Positions 10,583-20,929 of a DNA stretch of 59,949 bases are shown here, in pieces (position 1 is the first letter of the stretch; each line of letters begins with the position of its first letter). The notes under the pieces were generated by a model that saw only the letters and a list, made by a program, of their open reading frames with translations, did no database searches and was not told where the DNA came from. Source of the stretch: an uncultured Rickettsiales bacterium (lineage in GTDB: Bacteria > Pseudomonadota > Alphaproteobacteria > Rickettsiales > UBA1997); assembly GCA_905478165.1 (NCBI GenBank), contig CAJQHK010000017.1, forward strand, positions 1-59,949, given 5' to 3'. The position numbers were made by a program, and so were the translations under genes.

Positions 10583-11437
10583 CTAATAAATTGAATAATT
10601 ATCAATTAATCTTACTCCTTCAATGTTGCCAGAAATAAAAATTCTATATTTTTTATTAGGATTAAATTTATAACATAAATCTAAGTTGTCTTCATCCCTA
10701 ATCTCCAAATAAACTATACTATCAAAGCCAGCTCCTACTAAATATTTCATATGCAGCCGTAATAAATCATCTATATTAATTTTATTATTTTCTAAAATTT
10801 GATTCTTAATATGACATAAGGTTGTGAAAATATTGTTAGCTATTTTTTTAGCACCATCACTTAAGAGTAAATTACGAGAAGAAAGAGCTAGTCCAGAATC
10901 CTCTCTAATCGTTTCAATTCCAATAATTTCTGTATCGATATTTAACTCCCGTACCAATCTTTTAATAATAAAGAATTGCTGAAAATCTTTTAATCCAAAA
11001 AAAGTAATATCTGGATTTATGATTGAAAATAACTTTACCATTATAAGGGCGACACCACCAAAATGATTTAACCTATCTTTGCCGCATAAAACTTTGTCAA
11101 TACCCCCTATGTCAATTGATATCGAATGATTTTCTAGATAAATTTCGTCATCACTTGGGCAAAAGACCGCGTCAACACCTACCTTTTGCAACCTATTTAA
11201 ATCATCAGATAGGTATCTTGGATATTTAGTATAATCTTCTTTTTGATTAAATTGTTTTTTGTTGATAAAAATACTAACGATAACAAATTCTGACTTTAGT
11301 TTAGCTTCTTCAATTAACTTTAGATGACCCTTGTGCAAAGATCCCATCGTCGGTACTAAGGAAATTTTTTTATCACTATATTTTGCATTAGCGACAATTG
11401 AGCGAACTTCCTTTATTGTTTGGCAAACATTAAACAT
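10583..11437 (-). CDS. panC: Pantoate--beta-alanine ligase
   Basis: VPTMGSLHKGH, HFGGV, FGLKDFQQ, REDSGLALSSRN, RLIDN. Confidence 0.97.
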   Translation of the reverse strand: MFNVCQTIKEVRSIVANAKYSDKKISLVPTMGSLHKGHLKLIEEAKLKSEFVIVSIFINKKQFNQKEDYTKYPRYLSDDLNRLQKVGVDAVFCPSDDEIYLENHSISIDIGGIDKVLCGKDRLNHFGGVALIMVKLFSIINPDITFFGLKDFQQFFIIKRLVRELNIDTEIIGIETIREDSGLALSSRNLLLSDGAKKIANNIFTTLCHIKNQILENNKINIDDLLRLHMKYLVGAGFDSIVYLEIRDEDNLDLCYKFNPNKKYRIFISGNIEGVRLIDNYSIY

Positions 11438-12288
11438 CTGATTATTGAATTAAGATCTTTTGAATATTTTATTAATTGTAATTTTTTATTTTTAAATATG
11501 TTGGTTACATCATCCTCCATATCCACTCCTATTTCTAATATTAACAAAGATTTTTCATGTAAAAAATTACCAATATTTTCTGCAATCTCTCTATAACAGT
11601 TAAGGCCGTCTAATCCACCATCTAAGGCTATCTTTGGCTCAAAATTCTTAACTTCTGTTTGTAAATTGTCAATATCTTTGCTTTTGATGTAGGGCGGATT
11701 AGATATAATAATATCAAATTTTCTCCTCTCTAAATTCTGAAGCCAATCAGAATGAACAAATCGGACTCTATTATCTAGATTTAATTTTATAGCATTTTTC
11801 TTGGCAACATTTATTGACTTTATGTTGATATCAACAGCAACAGCTCTGGAGTTTGGAATATTTTTTAGGATAGAAAGTACTAAACATCCAGAACCAACAC
11901 CTAATTCCAAAATATTTATAGGTTTTTCATTAGCGCCACTATTTAATGCCAACAATACTTCGTCAATTAATAGTTCAGAATCCGGTCTTGGGTCTAAAAC
12001 ATTTTGATTAACATCAAAGTCAATAGAATAAAATTCTCTCTTGCCAATAATGTGAGATATAGGTTCGCCATTTAACCTTCTTTGTAATGCAGTTTTAATA
12101 TTTTCTAGAGATTTTTTATCTGGATATATCTCTCTACCCTTTAAGATTATATCTTCTTTCGATAAGTTCAGAAATTGAGATGTCAAGATATTAGATTCAA
12201 TTTTTGGCAGAGGTATATTGGATAGTCTTAATATATTCTCAATATTTTTGTTTAAAGTGGCTATAGAATCTTTAGTGGTTAGGTTCAT
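11413..12288 (-). CDS. prmC: Release factor glutamine methyltransferase
   Basis: RRLNGEPISHIIG, LDPRPDSE, ELGVGSGC, SNPPY, ALDGGLDGL. Confidence 0.96.
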   Translation of the reverse strand: MNLTTKDSIATLNKNIENILRLSNIPLPKIESNILTSQFLNLSKEDIILKGREIYPDKKSLENIKTALQRRLNGEPISHIIGKREFYSIDFDVNQNVLDPRPDSELLIDEVLLALNSGANEKPINILELGVGSGCLVLSILKNIPNSRAVAVDINIKSINVAKKNAIKLNLDNRVRFVHSDWLQNLERRKFDIIISNPPYIKSKDIDNLQTEVKNFEPKIALDGGLDGLNCYREIAENIGNFLHEKSLLILEIGVDMEDDVTNIFKNKKLQLIKYSKDLNSIIRCLMFAKQ

Positions 12289-13346
12289 TGCCCAAAAGCA
12301 TCTTCAAGTATTTTAAGGACATCCTGAAGCGCTATATTATTAATAATAAATATTTTTCCAGGGTCGCTCTTAATGTGAAACACATCTTTACCCATTGCTG
12401 TTGATTCATTATTTTTTGCAATATTATTTAAGATAACCCCCATCTTTAAGTGATAACCCTCTATATACTTCACAAAATCTTCTTCAGAACTGAATTGACC
12501 AGGTATTACTAAATTCAAATCATTAAAAATATCAGCAGAATTTTTCTTAACCGAGTCAATTACTAAGTTTAGCATAAACTCCTTATTAAGAAGAACTATG
12601 TTAAAATCAAAATTACCGGCATCGTAGCTGCCAGCAGTAGAAATAGAAAATTTTGGAGTTGACAATTCTAACTTATCAATCTTTATTTTGTCTGGCAGTT
12701 TTGCAGAAAAATTAGCATCTGAGTTGCTATAAGAGTGACTATATGCCACATCAATCCTGGATTCCATTACTTCTGAGGAGATAAATTTGCTATAATTATT
12801 TGATGAAAATTTAATATCAGAAATTATTTGATCGTCAATATTGCTAACATTATACATTAAATTAACATCCTTTATTTCGGAAATAGGACCTAAAGAATCA
12901 AATATCTCTACATTAAGAGACTTAACAACCAAATTAGAAACGTTTTTATCAGAAAATTTAGCTAAAATTATTGTTTCTGGATCTAGTTTAACTATAGATT
13001 CTTGATCTTGGATTAATATTTTTACGTCACCATAAACAAATATTTGAAATTCATTAGAAAACAAAGAGGAATTTATTTTGATGTGATCGAGGTGGATTTT
13101 GTACTTTTTTTCCTTACTCTCTAGAGATACATTCTTTATTTCAATAGCCGGACTAGGTATAAATTTATAATTATACCCCTTAGATTTAAATCCAAAATTA
13201 TCTTCAAGATAGTCTATACTGTACTTTAATACAAGAAACTTATATACCAATAAGGATCCAACTACAACAATGATAGAGATTAGGGCTAATAATAATTTTA
13301 AATGCCTTTTGAAGAAGCTACTTTTTTTAATGTTTTTTGTATTCAT
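12285..13346 (-). CDS. Membrane-anchored hypothetical protein, AsmA-like/DUF2125-like N-terminus
   Basis: Basic N-terminus, single TM, FIPSPAIEIKNVSL and beta-rich body; tightly packed between fdx and prmC. Family call tentative. Confidence 0.55.
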   Translation of the reverse strand: MNTKNIKKSSFFKRHLKLLLALISIIVVVGSLLVYKFLVLKYSIDYLEDNFGFKSKGYNYKFIPSPAIEIKNVSLESKEKKYKIHLDHIKINSSLFSNEFQIFVYGDVKILIQDQESIVKLDPETIILAKFSDKNVSNLVVKSLNVEIFDSLGPISEIKDVNLMYNVSNIDDQIISDIKFSSNNYSKFISSEVMESRIDVAYSHSYSNSDANFSAKLPDKIKIDKLELSTPKFSISTAGSYDAGNFDFNIVLLNKEFMLNLVIDSVKKNSADIFNDLNLVIPGQFSSEEDFVKYIEGYHLKMGVILNNIAKNNESTAMGKDVFHIKSDPGKIFIINNIALQDVLKILEDAFGQ

Positions 13347-13349
13347 AAT

Positions 13350-13682
13350 TTATGATATATTACGAGTTTCGTCAGGGACTTCGACCACTATCCCATCTAG
13401 ATCTTTACTTAATACGATCTGACAACCAAGTCTTGAGGTTTTTGTTAAGCCAAAAGCGAGGTCAAGCATATCTTCTTCATCCTCCGAGGGTTCAGATAAT
13501 TTGTTAAAATATGCATTATCAACAATAACGTGACATGTGGAGCAGGCAAGAGAGCCTTCACAAGCACCCTCGAGATCAATGTCATTATTGTGCGCCGCCT
13601 CTAATATTGTAGTACCGACAGGAACATCAAGTTTAACTGTTTTACCCTTGATAAGAAAATTTATATTTACGGTTTGACTCAT
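13350..13682 (-). CDS. fdx: 2Fe-2S ferredoxin, ISC/adrenodoxin type
   Basis: EGACEGSLACSTCHVI, EEDMLDLAFGL, SRLGCQ. Confidence 0.96.
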   Translation of the reverse strand: MSQTVNINFLIKGKTVKLDVPVGTTILEAAHNNDIDLEGACEGSLACSTCHVIVDNAYFNKLSEPSEDEEDMLDLAFGLTKTSRLGCQIVLSKDLDGIVVEVPDETRNIS

Positions 13683-13768
13683 TTTTTTATAATAATATTA
13701 TATAATATTGAATTTGTTATTCAATCAAACAAGATATGAAAAATCAAATATATTTTGTAAAATTAAGG

Positions 13769-13796
13769 TTGACAAGAGTTTTTTTAAAATTAAAGT
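13769..13796 (+). promoter_or_regulatory. Putative sigma70 promoter for rplU-rpmA
   Basis: TTGACA (13769-13774), 16-bp spacer, TAAAGT; about 70 bp upstream of rplU. Confidence 0.4.
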
Positions 13797-13865
13797 TGTT
13801 AATTGGTCCAAAAAATGACAATTAAACTACATATTACTAAAATTATATAAATATATATAAATACA

Positions 13866-14183
13866 ATGTTTGCAATATTAAAAACTGGAGGTAAGCAATA
13901 TAAAGTTGCCAAAGATGACATTATACAAATTGAAAAGCTAGACTATAGCGACGGTGATTTGGTTAAATTAACCGAAATCCTGTTAATAGAAAAGGATGGT
14001 GGTGACGTATTATTTGGAGCACCCTTTATTGATGGTGGCGTTGTAGAAGGTCAAGTTGTTAAGAATTATAAAGATAAAAAAGTTATAATTTTTAAAAAAA
14101 GGAGGAGACAAAACTCTAGAAGAAAAAATGGCCATCGCCAAATGAAAACTGAATTAAAAATAACTGATATTAAATTTAATTAG
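13866..14183 (+). CDS. rplU: 50S ribosomal protein L21
   Basis: [30 protein letters not shown]. Confidence 0.98.
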   Translation: MFAILKTGGKQYKVAKDDIIQIEKLDYSDGDLVKLTEILLIEKDGGDVLFGAPFIDGGVVEGQVVKNYKDKKVIIFKKRRRQNSRRKNGHRQMKTELKITDIKFN

Positions 14184-14185
14184 AT

Positions 14186-14452
14186 ATGTCAACTAAGAAA
14201 GCGGGCGGTAGCTCGAGAAACGGAAGAGATTCAGCTGGTCGTAGACTAGGAATCAAGCTATTTGGCGGTCAACATGCAATAGCCGGAAATATCATCGCAA
14301 GACAGAGAGGTACAAAATGGCACCCTGGTAGCAATACTGGAATGGGCAAAGATCATACGATTTTTGCATTAATTGACGGTTTTGTAAAATTCGTTAAGTT
14401 TGGTGCATCAAATAAAGTTAAAATAGAAGTTGTTCCTGCGGAAAAAAATTAA
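14186..14452 (+). CDS. rpmA: 50S ribosomal protein L27
   Basis: [32 protein letters not shown]. Confidence 0.98.
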   Translation: MSTKKAGGSSRNGRDSAGRRLGIKLFGGQHAIAGNIIARQRGTKWHPGSNTGMGKDHTIFALIDGFVKFVKFGASNKVKIEVVPAEKN

Positions 14453-14484
14453 TACAATTTTTAGGAAAATAAATAGCAGAAACA

Positions 14485-15495
14485 TTGTTTAACAATATAG
14501 TAAGTAGTAGCTACATAACTCAATACATCTTATTTTTTGTACTTCCGGCTATCCTTTGTTACTTATCGACAGCTAAATACATTAAATTTAGTCAAAAAAA
14601 TTCTCTATTTCAGCCAATCAGAAAAGAAGGTCCAAAACTACATATAAAAACTAAACAAAAAACCCCAACCTTTGGAGGATTATTTATAGTTCTTTCGGTT
14701 ATCATTACCAATATCTTACTGTCTGACCTAACAAACGCATACCTTCTATCGGCATTATTTATTCTAATGTCATTTTCTGCTATTGGCTTTGCTGATGATT
14801 ATATAAAAGTTGTAAAACAAAATAGCTTAGGATTTAAAGGTAGTATTAAACTGATGATTCAATTTTCTTTAGTCTTGTCTGTTATTTTTTTCTTAGGAAT
14901 CAACAATCCGATCTTCTGGTCTGGCGAGGTTTCGGTGCCATTTAGCAACATATCTATCAATATTGGTACTTTATACTTTTTATTTGTAGGAATTGTAGTT
15001 GTAGGAGCGGCCAACGCTACCAACCTCACCGATGGTCTTGACGGTTTAGTTTCAGTACCCATTATCTTTAACTCCATAGCTTTAATTGCCATTATTTTTA
15101 GTCTCGATGAATCTGAAATAAAAGAATTTTATCCTCTAATATTGCTAGGATATTCTTTAATTGCATCCGTTGCGACATTCTTTATATTCAACAGATACCC
15201 AGCTAAAATTTTTATGGGAGATGTGGGTAGTTTAGCAATAGGTGCAACCCTTGGCATTATTGCCATTATAATTAAAAAAGAATTGGCTTTTGCGATAATC
15301 ACCCTATTATTTATGATAGAAGCATTATCAGTTATAATTCAGGTTGGATCTTATAAAATTTGGAAAAAAAGAATCTTCTTAATGACTCCAATTCATCACC
15401 ACTTTGAAAAAATGGGATGGTCAGAGCAAAAGGTTGTAAAAATCTTTTGGTTAGTATCTCTTCTTGCTTCTATAATTGGATTTGTATCCAGCTAA
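14485..15495 (+). CDS. mraY: Phospho-N-acetylmuramoyl-pentapeptide transferase
   Basis: KTPTFGG, IGFADDY, NATNLTDGLDGL, PAKIFMGDVGS, PIHHHFEKMGW; TTG start, so 5' end uncertain. Confidence 0.96.
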   Translation: MFNNIVSSSYITQYILFFVLPAILCYLSTAKYIKFSQKNSLFQPIRKEGPKLHIKTKQKTPTFGGLFIVLSVIITNILLSDLTNAYLLSALFILMSFSAIGFADDYIKVVKQNSLGFKGSIKLMIQFSLVLSVIFFLGINNPIFWSGEVSVPFSNISINIGTLYFLFVGIVVVGAANATNLTDGLDGLVSVPIIFNSIALIAIIFSLDESEIKEFYPLILLGYSLIASVATFFIFNRYPAKIFMGDVGSLAIGATLGIIAIIIKKELAFAIITLLFMIEALSVIIQVGSYKIWKKRIFLMTPIHHHFEKMGWSEQKVVKIFWLVSLLASIIGFVSS

Positions 15496-15497
15496 GG

Positions 15498-15552
15498 ATC
15501 TACGCAAGAACAACTAATATTTTATTGAAATACGAGTTGTTCTTGTGTAGAT
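15498..15552. terminator. 18-bp imperfect inverted repeat directly after mraY (terminator-like or repeat element)
   Basis: ATCTACGCAAGAACAACT ... AGTTGTTCTTGTGTAGAT with one G:U pair; no clear U-tract. Confidence 0.5.
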
Positions 15553-15608
15553 TCTAAATTAAGCTTGAATATTATTCCTACTATATTTCAGTAAAATTAT
15601 ACACAACA

Positions 15609-17189
15609 ATGAAAGAAAGAGTTTATCTTTACGACTCCACCTTAAGAGATGGAGGTCAAACCAGCACTATCAATTTTAGCGCTAGTGATAAGAAAAAAAT
15701 TGCCATAGAATTAGATAGGATAGGAATCGACTATATTGAAGGTGGTTGGCCTGGAGCGAATCAAACTGATGACGAGTTTTTTGCTGATTTACCAACCTTA
15801 AATAATTCTAAATTTACTGCCTTTGGTATGACAAATCGTCATTCAGTACCTGCCTACGAAGATAAATCGTTAAATAAATTAATTGCAAGTAATGTAGAGT
15901 CGGTGTGCATAGTTGGTAAATCTTGGGATTTTCATTTAAAAAATGCCCTAAATATTACGGAGAAACAAAATTTATCTATGATTTCTGACTCAATTTCTCA
16001 TATTAGACAGAGTGGAAAGGAAGCTATATTTGATGCTGAACATTTTTTTGATGGCTACAAGTCAAACCCAGAATTTTCTTTAAAATGCCTAGAATCCGCC
16101 TATAAATCAGGTGCTAGATGGGTTGTGCTGTGCGACACTAATGGCGGTACATTACCTTATGAAATTTATGATATCATATTAGAAGTTAAAAAAATCATTC
16201 CACATATTAACCTTGGAATTCACTGTCATAATGATGGCGGAGTTGCTGTTGCCAACTCAATTGCCGCAGTTAAAGCTGGGGTTCGTCAAGTTCAAGGAAC
16301 ATTAAATGGTCTCGGTGAAAGATGTGGTAATGCAGATTTAATTAGCTTAATTCCTAATTTAATGTTAAAGATGGGCTTTGATGTCGGTATCAAAGCAGAA
16401 AACCTTAAAAATCTTTGCCATACTTCATACTTCTTAGACGATCTACTTAATAGACCTCGCGATAATTTTGCTCCTTTTGTTGGTAAATTTGCCTTTGCTC
16501 ACAAGGGAGGTCTTCACGTTTCTGCTATTAATAAAAACTCTAAATCTTATGAGCATATAGAGCCGGACTTAGTTGGTAACAAAAGGAGGATAATGATCTC
16601 TGATCAAGCAGGCAGATCAAATGTAATATCTAAAATTAAAGAAATTGGCCTAGAAGTTGACAATAAAAATAAAATTATAAATGATCTAGTTGAGGAGGTA
16701 AAGTTACTCGAAAGCCAAGGTTATGCCTACGATAATGCTGATGCTAGTTTTGAAATTTTAGTAAAAAAATCTCTAAATATTATACCGAATTATTTTCAAT
16801 TAAAGTCATTCAAAGTTTTTGATGAATTAAAGGGCGTTGAGGATAAAAATATCATCTCAAAAGCAGAAATAGAAATTGTAATTGATAACGAAGTTAAGAA
16901 AACCAGCTCCTATGGCGAAGGACCTATTAACGCTCTGGACAAAGCTTTAAGGTTAGTATTGTCAGAAAAATATCCAATCTTAGATAAAATATCACTAAAT
17001 GATTACAAGGTGATGATTTTAAATTCTTCAGATGGCACGAAAGCAAAAACTCGTGTTGAAATTAGGTCTACAGACCAAAATGGCTCAGAATGGACCACTA
17101 TTGGGGTTTCAAAAAATATTGTTGAAGCGTCATTTAAAGCTTTAAGAGATAGTATTAATTACAAACTATCTAAAGACTCGATAGGGTAA
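15609..17189 (+). CDS. cimA: Citramalate synthase (LeuA/CimA family)
   Basis: YDSTLRDG, YIEGGWPGAN, VGKSWDFH, FDAEHFFDGYK, GIHCHND, FAHKGGLHVSA are diagnostic of bacterial CimA rather than LeuA. Confidence 0.9.
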   Translation: MKERVYLYDSTLRDGGQTSTINFSASDKKKIAIELDRIGIDYIEGGWPGANQTDDEFFADLPTLNNSKFTAFGMTNRHSVPAYEDKSLNKLIASNVESVCIVGKSWDFHLKNALNITEKQNLSMISDSISHIRQSGKEAIFDAEHFFDGYKSNPEFSLKCLESAYKSGARWVVLCDTNGGTLPYEIYDIILEVKKIIPHINLGIHCHNDGGVAVANSIAAVKAGVRQVQGTLNGLGERCGNADLISLIPNLMLKMGFDVGIKAENLKNLCHTSYFLDDLLNRPRDNFAPFVGKFAFAHKGGLHVSAINKNSKSYEHIEPDLVGNKRRIMISDQAGRSNVISKIKEIGLEVDNKNKIINDLVEEVKLLESQGYAYDNADASFEILVKKSLNIIPNYFQLKSFKVFDELKGVEDKNIISKAEIEIVIDNEVKKTSSYGEGPINALDKALRLVLSEKYPILDKISLNDYKVMILNSSDGTKAKTRVEIRSTDQNGSEWTTIGVSKNIVEASFKALRDSINYKLSKDSIG

Positions 17190-17913
17190 ATTCTAGATTA
17201 TATTCAAACAATGTGATATAATTTTTATTATTTTTTAAAATTTAATAAAATTAATATGACTATGAGCGGGGAAGTTTTAAATATCTAACATTTAAAGATA
17301 GGTAAATAATTTATCATATAAGATTTATTGAAAAAGAATCTTTACAGTAAATAGATTATTTTATTGGTAAATCAAAATCTACCATTAGCTACGATCTAAA
17401 CAATAAAAAGGAAAGAGCAAAATACATCCCTACCATTGCTCACGGTAAATATAAGAGAGTGCTTCATAAAAAGGATAGGTTTGCAACAGATAGTAATCCC
17501 AAAGCTTTGAAATATTTAAAAAATAATCTTATAAACTATAAATGGTCATTAGATGTAATATCCAGCAAAACAGAAAGAAGATATTAGATTTTATACAGCT
17601 ACCGATTTTTGTATGACTTTATTTGCAATTTCAACACTTAGAAGAGGTTAGAATTATATAAATATTTACCACGCAAAAGACAAAATAGATTAAAACAAGG
17701 CTATGATTCTCATAATCTTTCCTAAAGATAAAGATGTCACGAAATTAACAAAACAAAAATTACAAAAAATAGAATATTTACTCAGTCAATATGCTAAGAA
17801 GAGTATTAGGATATAAAACTCCTAACCAATTTGGGAACGAGAAGTTAAAATTAGCAGCAAATTCCTTGGTCTAAAAATTATAGATTTTGTTCGAATTAGT
17901 GGTTAAATTTATC
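17185..17913 (+). mobile_element. Decayed, internally deleted IS30-family element
   Basis: Hand translation: KYLTFKDR*...GKSKSTISYDL...YIPTIAH...YKWSLDVIS (HTH and WSPEQI-like), LYKYLPRKR, then FPKDKDVTKL...IEYLL and RRVLGYKTP (IS30 C-terminus). Weak candidate IRs at 17185-17213 and 17885-17913. Confidence 0.8.
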
Positions 17914-18086
17914 AGGGTACTATACATATTAATGTTACTAGGGAGTTATACTATTTCTTTATTCTTCTTTTATTAATGGAAAGTGATCTATCTTCGAACT
18001 CATTATATGATTTGACTCTGCGATACAAAGTAAAATTCTAAATTAGAAGTTGTAATTAATGAAAACTACTATTTTTAAATTTTGCG

Positions 18087-18488
18087 TTAATGGTGGGATT
18101 TATTGCTATATAATAATTCTACAGCCCTATCTTTAAAAGCTGGCTTTCTCCTGATTAATTTATTAAGGATTTTTTCCGCTTTTCGAAATTTATTTTGTGC
18201 TAGAAGTGATTTTGCAAGCATAAAATATCCTTCATAATGATCGGGCCAAAATTTAGTTAAAATTGTAAAGCGAAATGTAGCCTCGCTAAAGTTACCATTT
18301 CTATAATATTTTTTTCCTAACTTAAAATTTGATTCAGAGAGATTTTTTGACCTTTTGGCCATTAATCTTAAATTTAATATAAATTTATTAGAAGATTTTT
18401 GAATATTATTAAAAAAATCATGGATTCCAGACTTTTTATCCTTTGTCGAGTTATATCCAAGAAGTTTTTTAATTGTGCCAAAGTTCAT
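18087..18488 (-). CDS. Tetratricopeptide-repeat protein
   Basis: FKLGKKYYRNGNFSEATFRF and YFMLAKSLLAQNKFRKAEKIL fit two TPR units. Confidence 0.75.
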   Translation of the reverse strand: MNFGTIKKLLGYNSTKDKKSGIHDFFNNIQKSSNKFILNLRLMAKRSKNLSESNFKLGKKYYRNGNFSEATFRFTILTKFWPDHYEGYFMLAKSLLAQNKFRKAEKILNKLIRRKPAFKDRAVELLYSNKSHH

Positions 18489-18587
18489 AAATTAATAAAA
18501 AATTTCAATTAATTTTTTAGAGGTTGGTGTAATGCCATATTTAGACTTCATTTTTTTAGCCCAAGGTTTAAAAAACAAGAGGAATAT

Positions 18588-19067
18588 TTAAGCAAGTTTA
18601 CTAAAATCTAAAAGGAATGTATCTAATATAATATTTGCTGCAATTTTATCAATTGTTTTTTTTCTACTATGCTTTCTTTTTAATTTTAAATTATCGTCAA
18701 TAAATATTCTTGCAGAAGAGCTGCTATATCTCTCATCATACAATATTATTTTAATTTTACCTAGTAAGAATATATCGATATTGTCAGCAAAACGTCTAAC
18801 AAACATACTGATATCAGTTTCGCTACCATCAAGATGAATTGGTAAGCCAATCACCAATAATTCAATCTCATTTTTCTCGATGTACTCTTTTATTTTAGGG
18901 AAATCCTTTTTATTTCCTGATCGGTCAATTGTGGCAAATGGGTTGCATATAGTTCTTGAGGGGTCACAAATTGCCACGCCAATTACTTTTGTTCCGACAT
19001 CTAGGGATAAAAATCTGCTTTCTGTCAATAAGTCTCCTTTTAAATCTGCTATGTTGCTATATATCAT
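18588..19067 (-). CDS. ruvX: YqgF/RuvX pre-16S rRNA nuclease
   Basis: LSLDVGTKVIGVAICD, VIGLP, DERYSS, IDKIAANIIL. Confidence 0.95.
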   Translation of the reverse strand: MIYSNIADLKGDLLTESRFLSLDVGTKVIGVAICDPSRTICNPFATIDRSGNKKDFPKIKEYIEKNEIELLVIGLPIHLDGSETDISMFVRRFADNIDIFLLGKIKIILYDERYSSSSARIFIDDNLKLKRKHSRKKTIDKIAANIILDTFLLDFSKLA

Positions 19068-19128
19068 GATTAAATTTATAATTTAACTTCGCGTCGTCAC
19101 TTCTTAGGTTAAAATAAATATCATATAG

Positions 19129-19779
19129 ATGATTAAGTTAGTCAAATTACTTGCAAGTAAGCAATATTTTGTTACCGCAATTGGTACGGATATTGGTAAA
19201 ACTTATTTCACAACAAGTTTATGCCAAATTTTATTAAATATTGGTCAAAAAGCAAACATTATTAAACCTGTGATTAGTGGTTTTACTTTAAATGATGATT
19301 GTAATGATACACTGACAATATTGGATAGTCTTGGGATGGAAAAGAGTATTGATAATATTGATAAAATATCACCTTTTAGGTTAAAATTACCATTATCTCC
19401 AGATATAGCCTCCAGAGGGGAGGGTGTGGAGTTAAGTTTTGATAAAATTACAGATTTTTGTTTAGATAATATTAAGAAATCAAAAAGAAGTAACGAATTT
19501 TTGTTTATAGAGGGTGCTGGTGGAGTTATGACACCAGTTACGCACGATAAAACATTTGTTGATTTGATGCAAAAATTACCTATCCCTGTAATCTTGATAA
19601 TAAGTAATTATCTAGGATCGATTAGTCACGCTTTGACAGCCATTAAAGTTTTGGAACAATGTAATGTTGATTTGGAATATATTATTTTAAATTTTAGAGA
19701 AGGTATGGAATCGGGAACGGCTTTGGAAATGTTGGAATCTTTAAATAGGTTTACTAATAAGAAGATTATTGTCCTATGA
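19129..19779 (+). CDS. bioD: Dethiobiotin synthase
   Basis: FVTAIGTDIGKT, KPVISG, PLSPDIA, IEGAGGVMTP, YLGSISH. Confidence 0.95.
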   Translation: MIKLVKLLASKQYFVTAIGTDIGKTYFTTSLCQILLNIGQKANIIKPVISGFTLNDDCNDTLTILDSLGMEKSIDNIDKISPFRLKLPLSPDIASRGEGVELSFDKITDFCLDNIKKSKRSNEFLFIEGAGGVMTPVTHDKTFVDLMQKLPIPVILIISNYLGSISHALTAIKVLEQCNVDLEYIILNFREGMESGTALEMLESLNRFTNKKIIVL

Positions 19780-20507
19780 AATTTAGTGACGAAGGAATTA
19801 TTATTTTTGCTAAAAAACATGGAGAAAATTCTCTTATAATTAAAATTCTTTCCAAAGAGAATGGTGTTTGCACTGCTTTTGTTAGGAAGTCTACAAGTCC
19901 CAAGAATTATTCAAAATATCAGATTGGTAATTTAGTTTTTTTTGATTTATATGCCAAAAATAGCGATAGCTTATCTTATGTTCGTGTTGAAAATTTAGCA
20001 TCTTTTGCGTCTAGACATATATTAAGTTTTACTAGATTGAATATAATTACTTTATTTTGCCTAATAATTTCTAAAAATTTTATGGATCAAGATCCTAATA
20101 AGGATTTATTTTCTTCATTTATATTGTTTTTACAATCTTTAGGTCAGGATGATAAGGTTATTTTGGCTAATATTATTAAGTTTGAATTGAAATTGCTTGA
20201 AATATCTGGTTATGGTCTGGACTTATCTTCTTGTGCTGTTACTGGTAAGAAGGATGATTTGTATTTTATCTCGCCAAAGTCTGGTAGGGTAGCTTCTTAT
20301 GAGTCTGGTAAGCCTTACGAAGATAAATTATTTCTTCTAACAAAATTTTTTAAAAACAACCTAATTCTAAGTAAGGATATTAGCGGCGATGATCTTATGG
20401 AGAGTGTAAATATTACTATATTTTTTATGAAAAAATATGATTTACTTAGTGGGGGGTTGATAGATCTTAGTAAGAAAATTAATAAATCTCTCTTAGAGGG
20501 TCTTTAG
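19776..20507 (+). CDS. recO: DNA repair protein RecO
   Basis: DEGIIIFAKKHGENSLI, FELKLLEISGYGLDLSSCAVTG, ISPKSGR. Confidence 0.92.
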   Translation: MKFSDEGIIIFAKKHGENSLIIKILSKENGVCTAFVRKSTSPKNYSKYQIGNLVFFDLYAKNSDSLSYVRVENLASFASRHILSFTRLNIITLFCLIISKNFMDQDPNKDLFSSFILFLQSLGQDDKVILANIIKFELKLLEISGYGLDLSSCAVTGKKDDLYFISPKSGRVASYESGKPYEDKLFLLTKFFKNNLILSKDISGDDLMESVNITIFFMKKYDLLSGGLIDLSKKINKSLLEGL

Positions 20508-20607
20508 AAATTTTTACTTTCAATAACTACTTTGAGTATTTTGGAGAAAAGAACGAAGGTGATCTATTAAATTTCTATGTTCTGTGTAAAGGCAGGCTTT
20601 GATATAA

Positions 20608-20916
20608 TTAACTTTGTCTACTCTTTATGTGAAGCATTCTTTCTTTAGCTTCATGAACTCTAGCAATAACTTTATCTATTGCAACCAGGGTATTAGTCTT
20701 TATTTGTTCTGATCGAGGTTGCTTTATGTAATTGATAAATTCTTTGGACATGTCGTCGGCACAATGTTCTAAGGTTTCTATGATAGATTGCACAATTTTA
20801 AACTCGGCATCTCTTTTCAACTCAGGATCTTCGTGAGATAGATCTATTAATTGATCAATGAAATTGTAGTATTTCATGATTTTATTGTAGATATCTTCTT
20901 GTTTGTGGGTTGCCAT
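20608..20916 (-). CDS. Hypothetical helical protein (102 aa)
   Basis: ATG start 13 bp downstream of carD, amphipathic helical pattern; no family recognised. Confidence 0.65.
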   Translation of the reverse strand: MATHKQEDIYNKIMKYYNFIDQLIDLSHEDPELKRDAEFKIVQSIIETLEHCADDMSKEFINYIKQPRSEQIKTNTLVAIDKVIARVHEAKERMLHIKSRQS

Positions 20917-20929
20917 AATTTAACGATTT

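Noticed and set aside
10522-13747. Similar motif CAAGA(A)ATATGAAAA(A)TCAA upstream of the rmuC-like gene (10522-10540) and fdx (13730-13747)
   Set aside because: Only two gapped, very AT-rich copies; could be chance or generic -35 regions.
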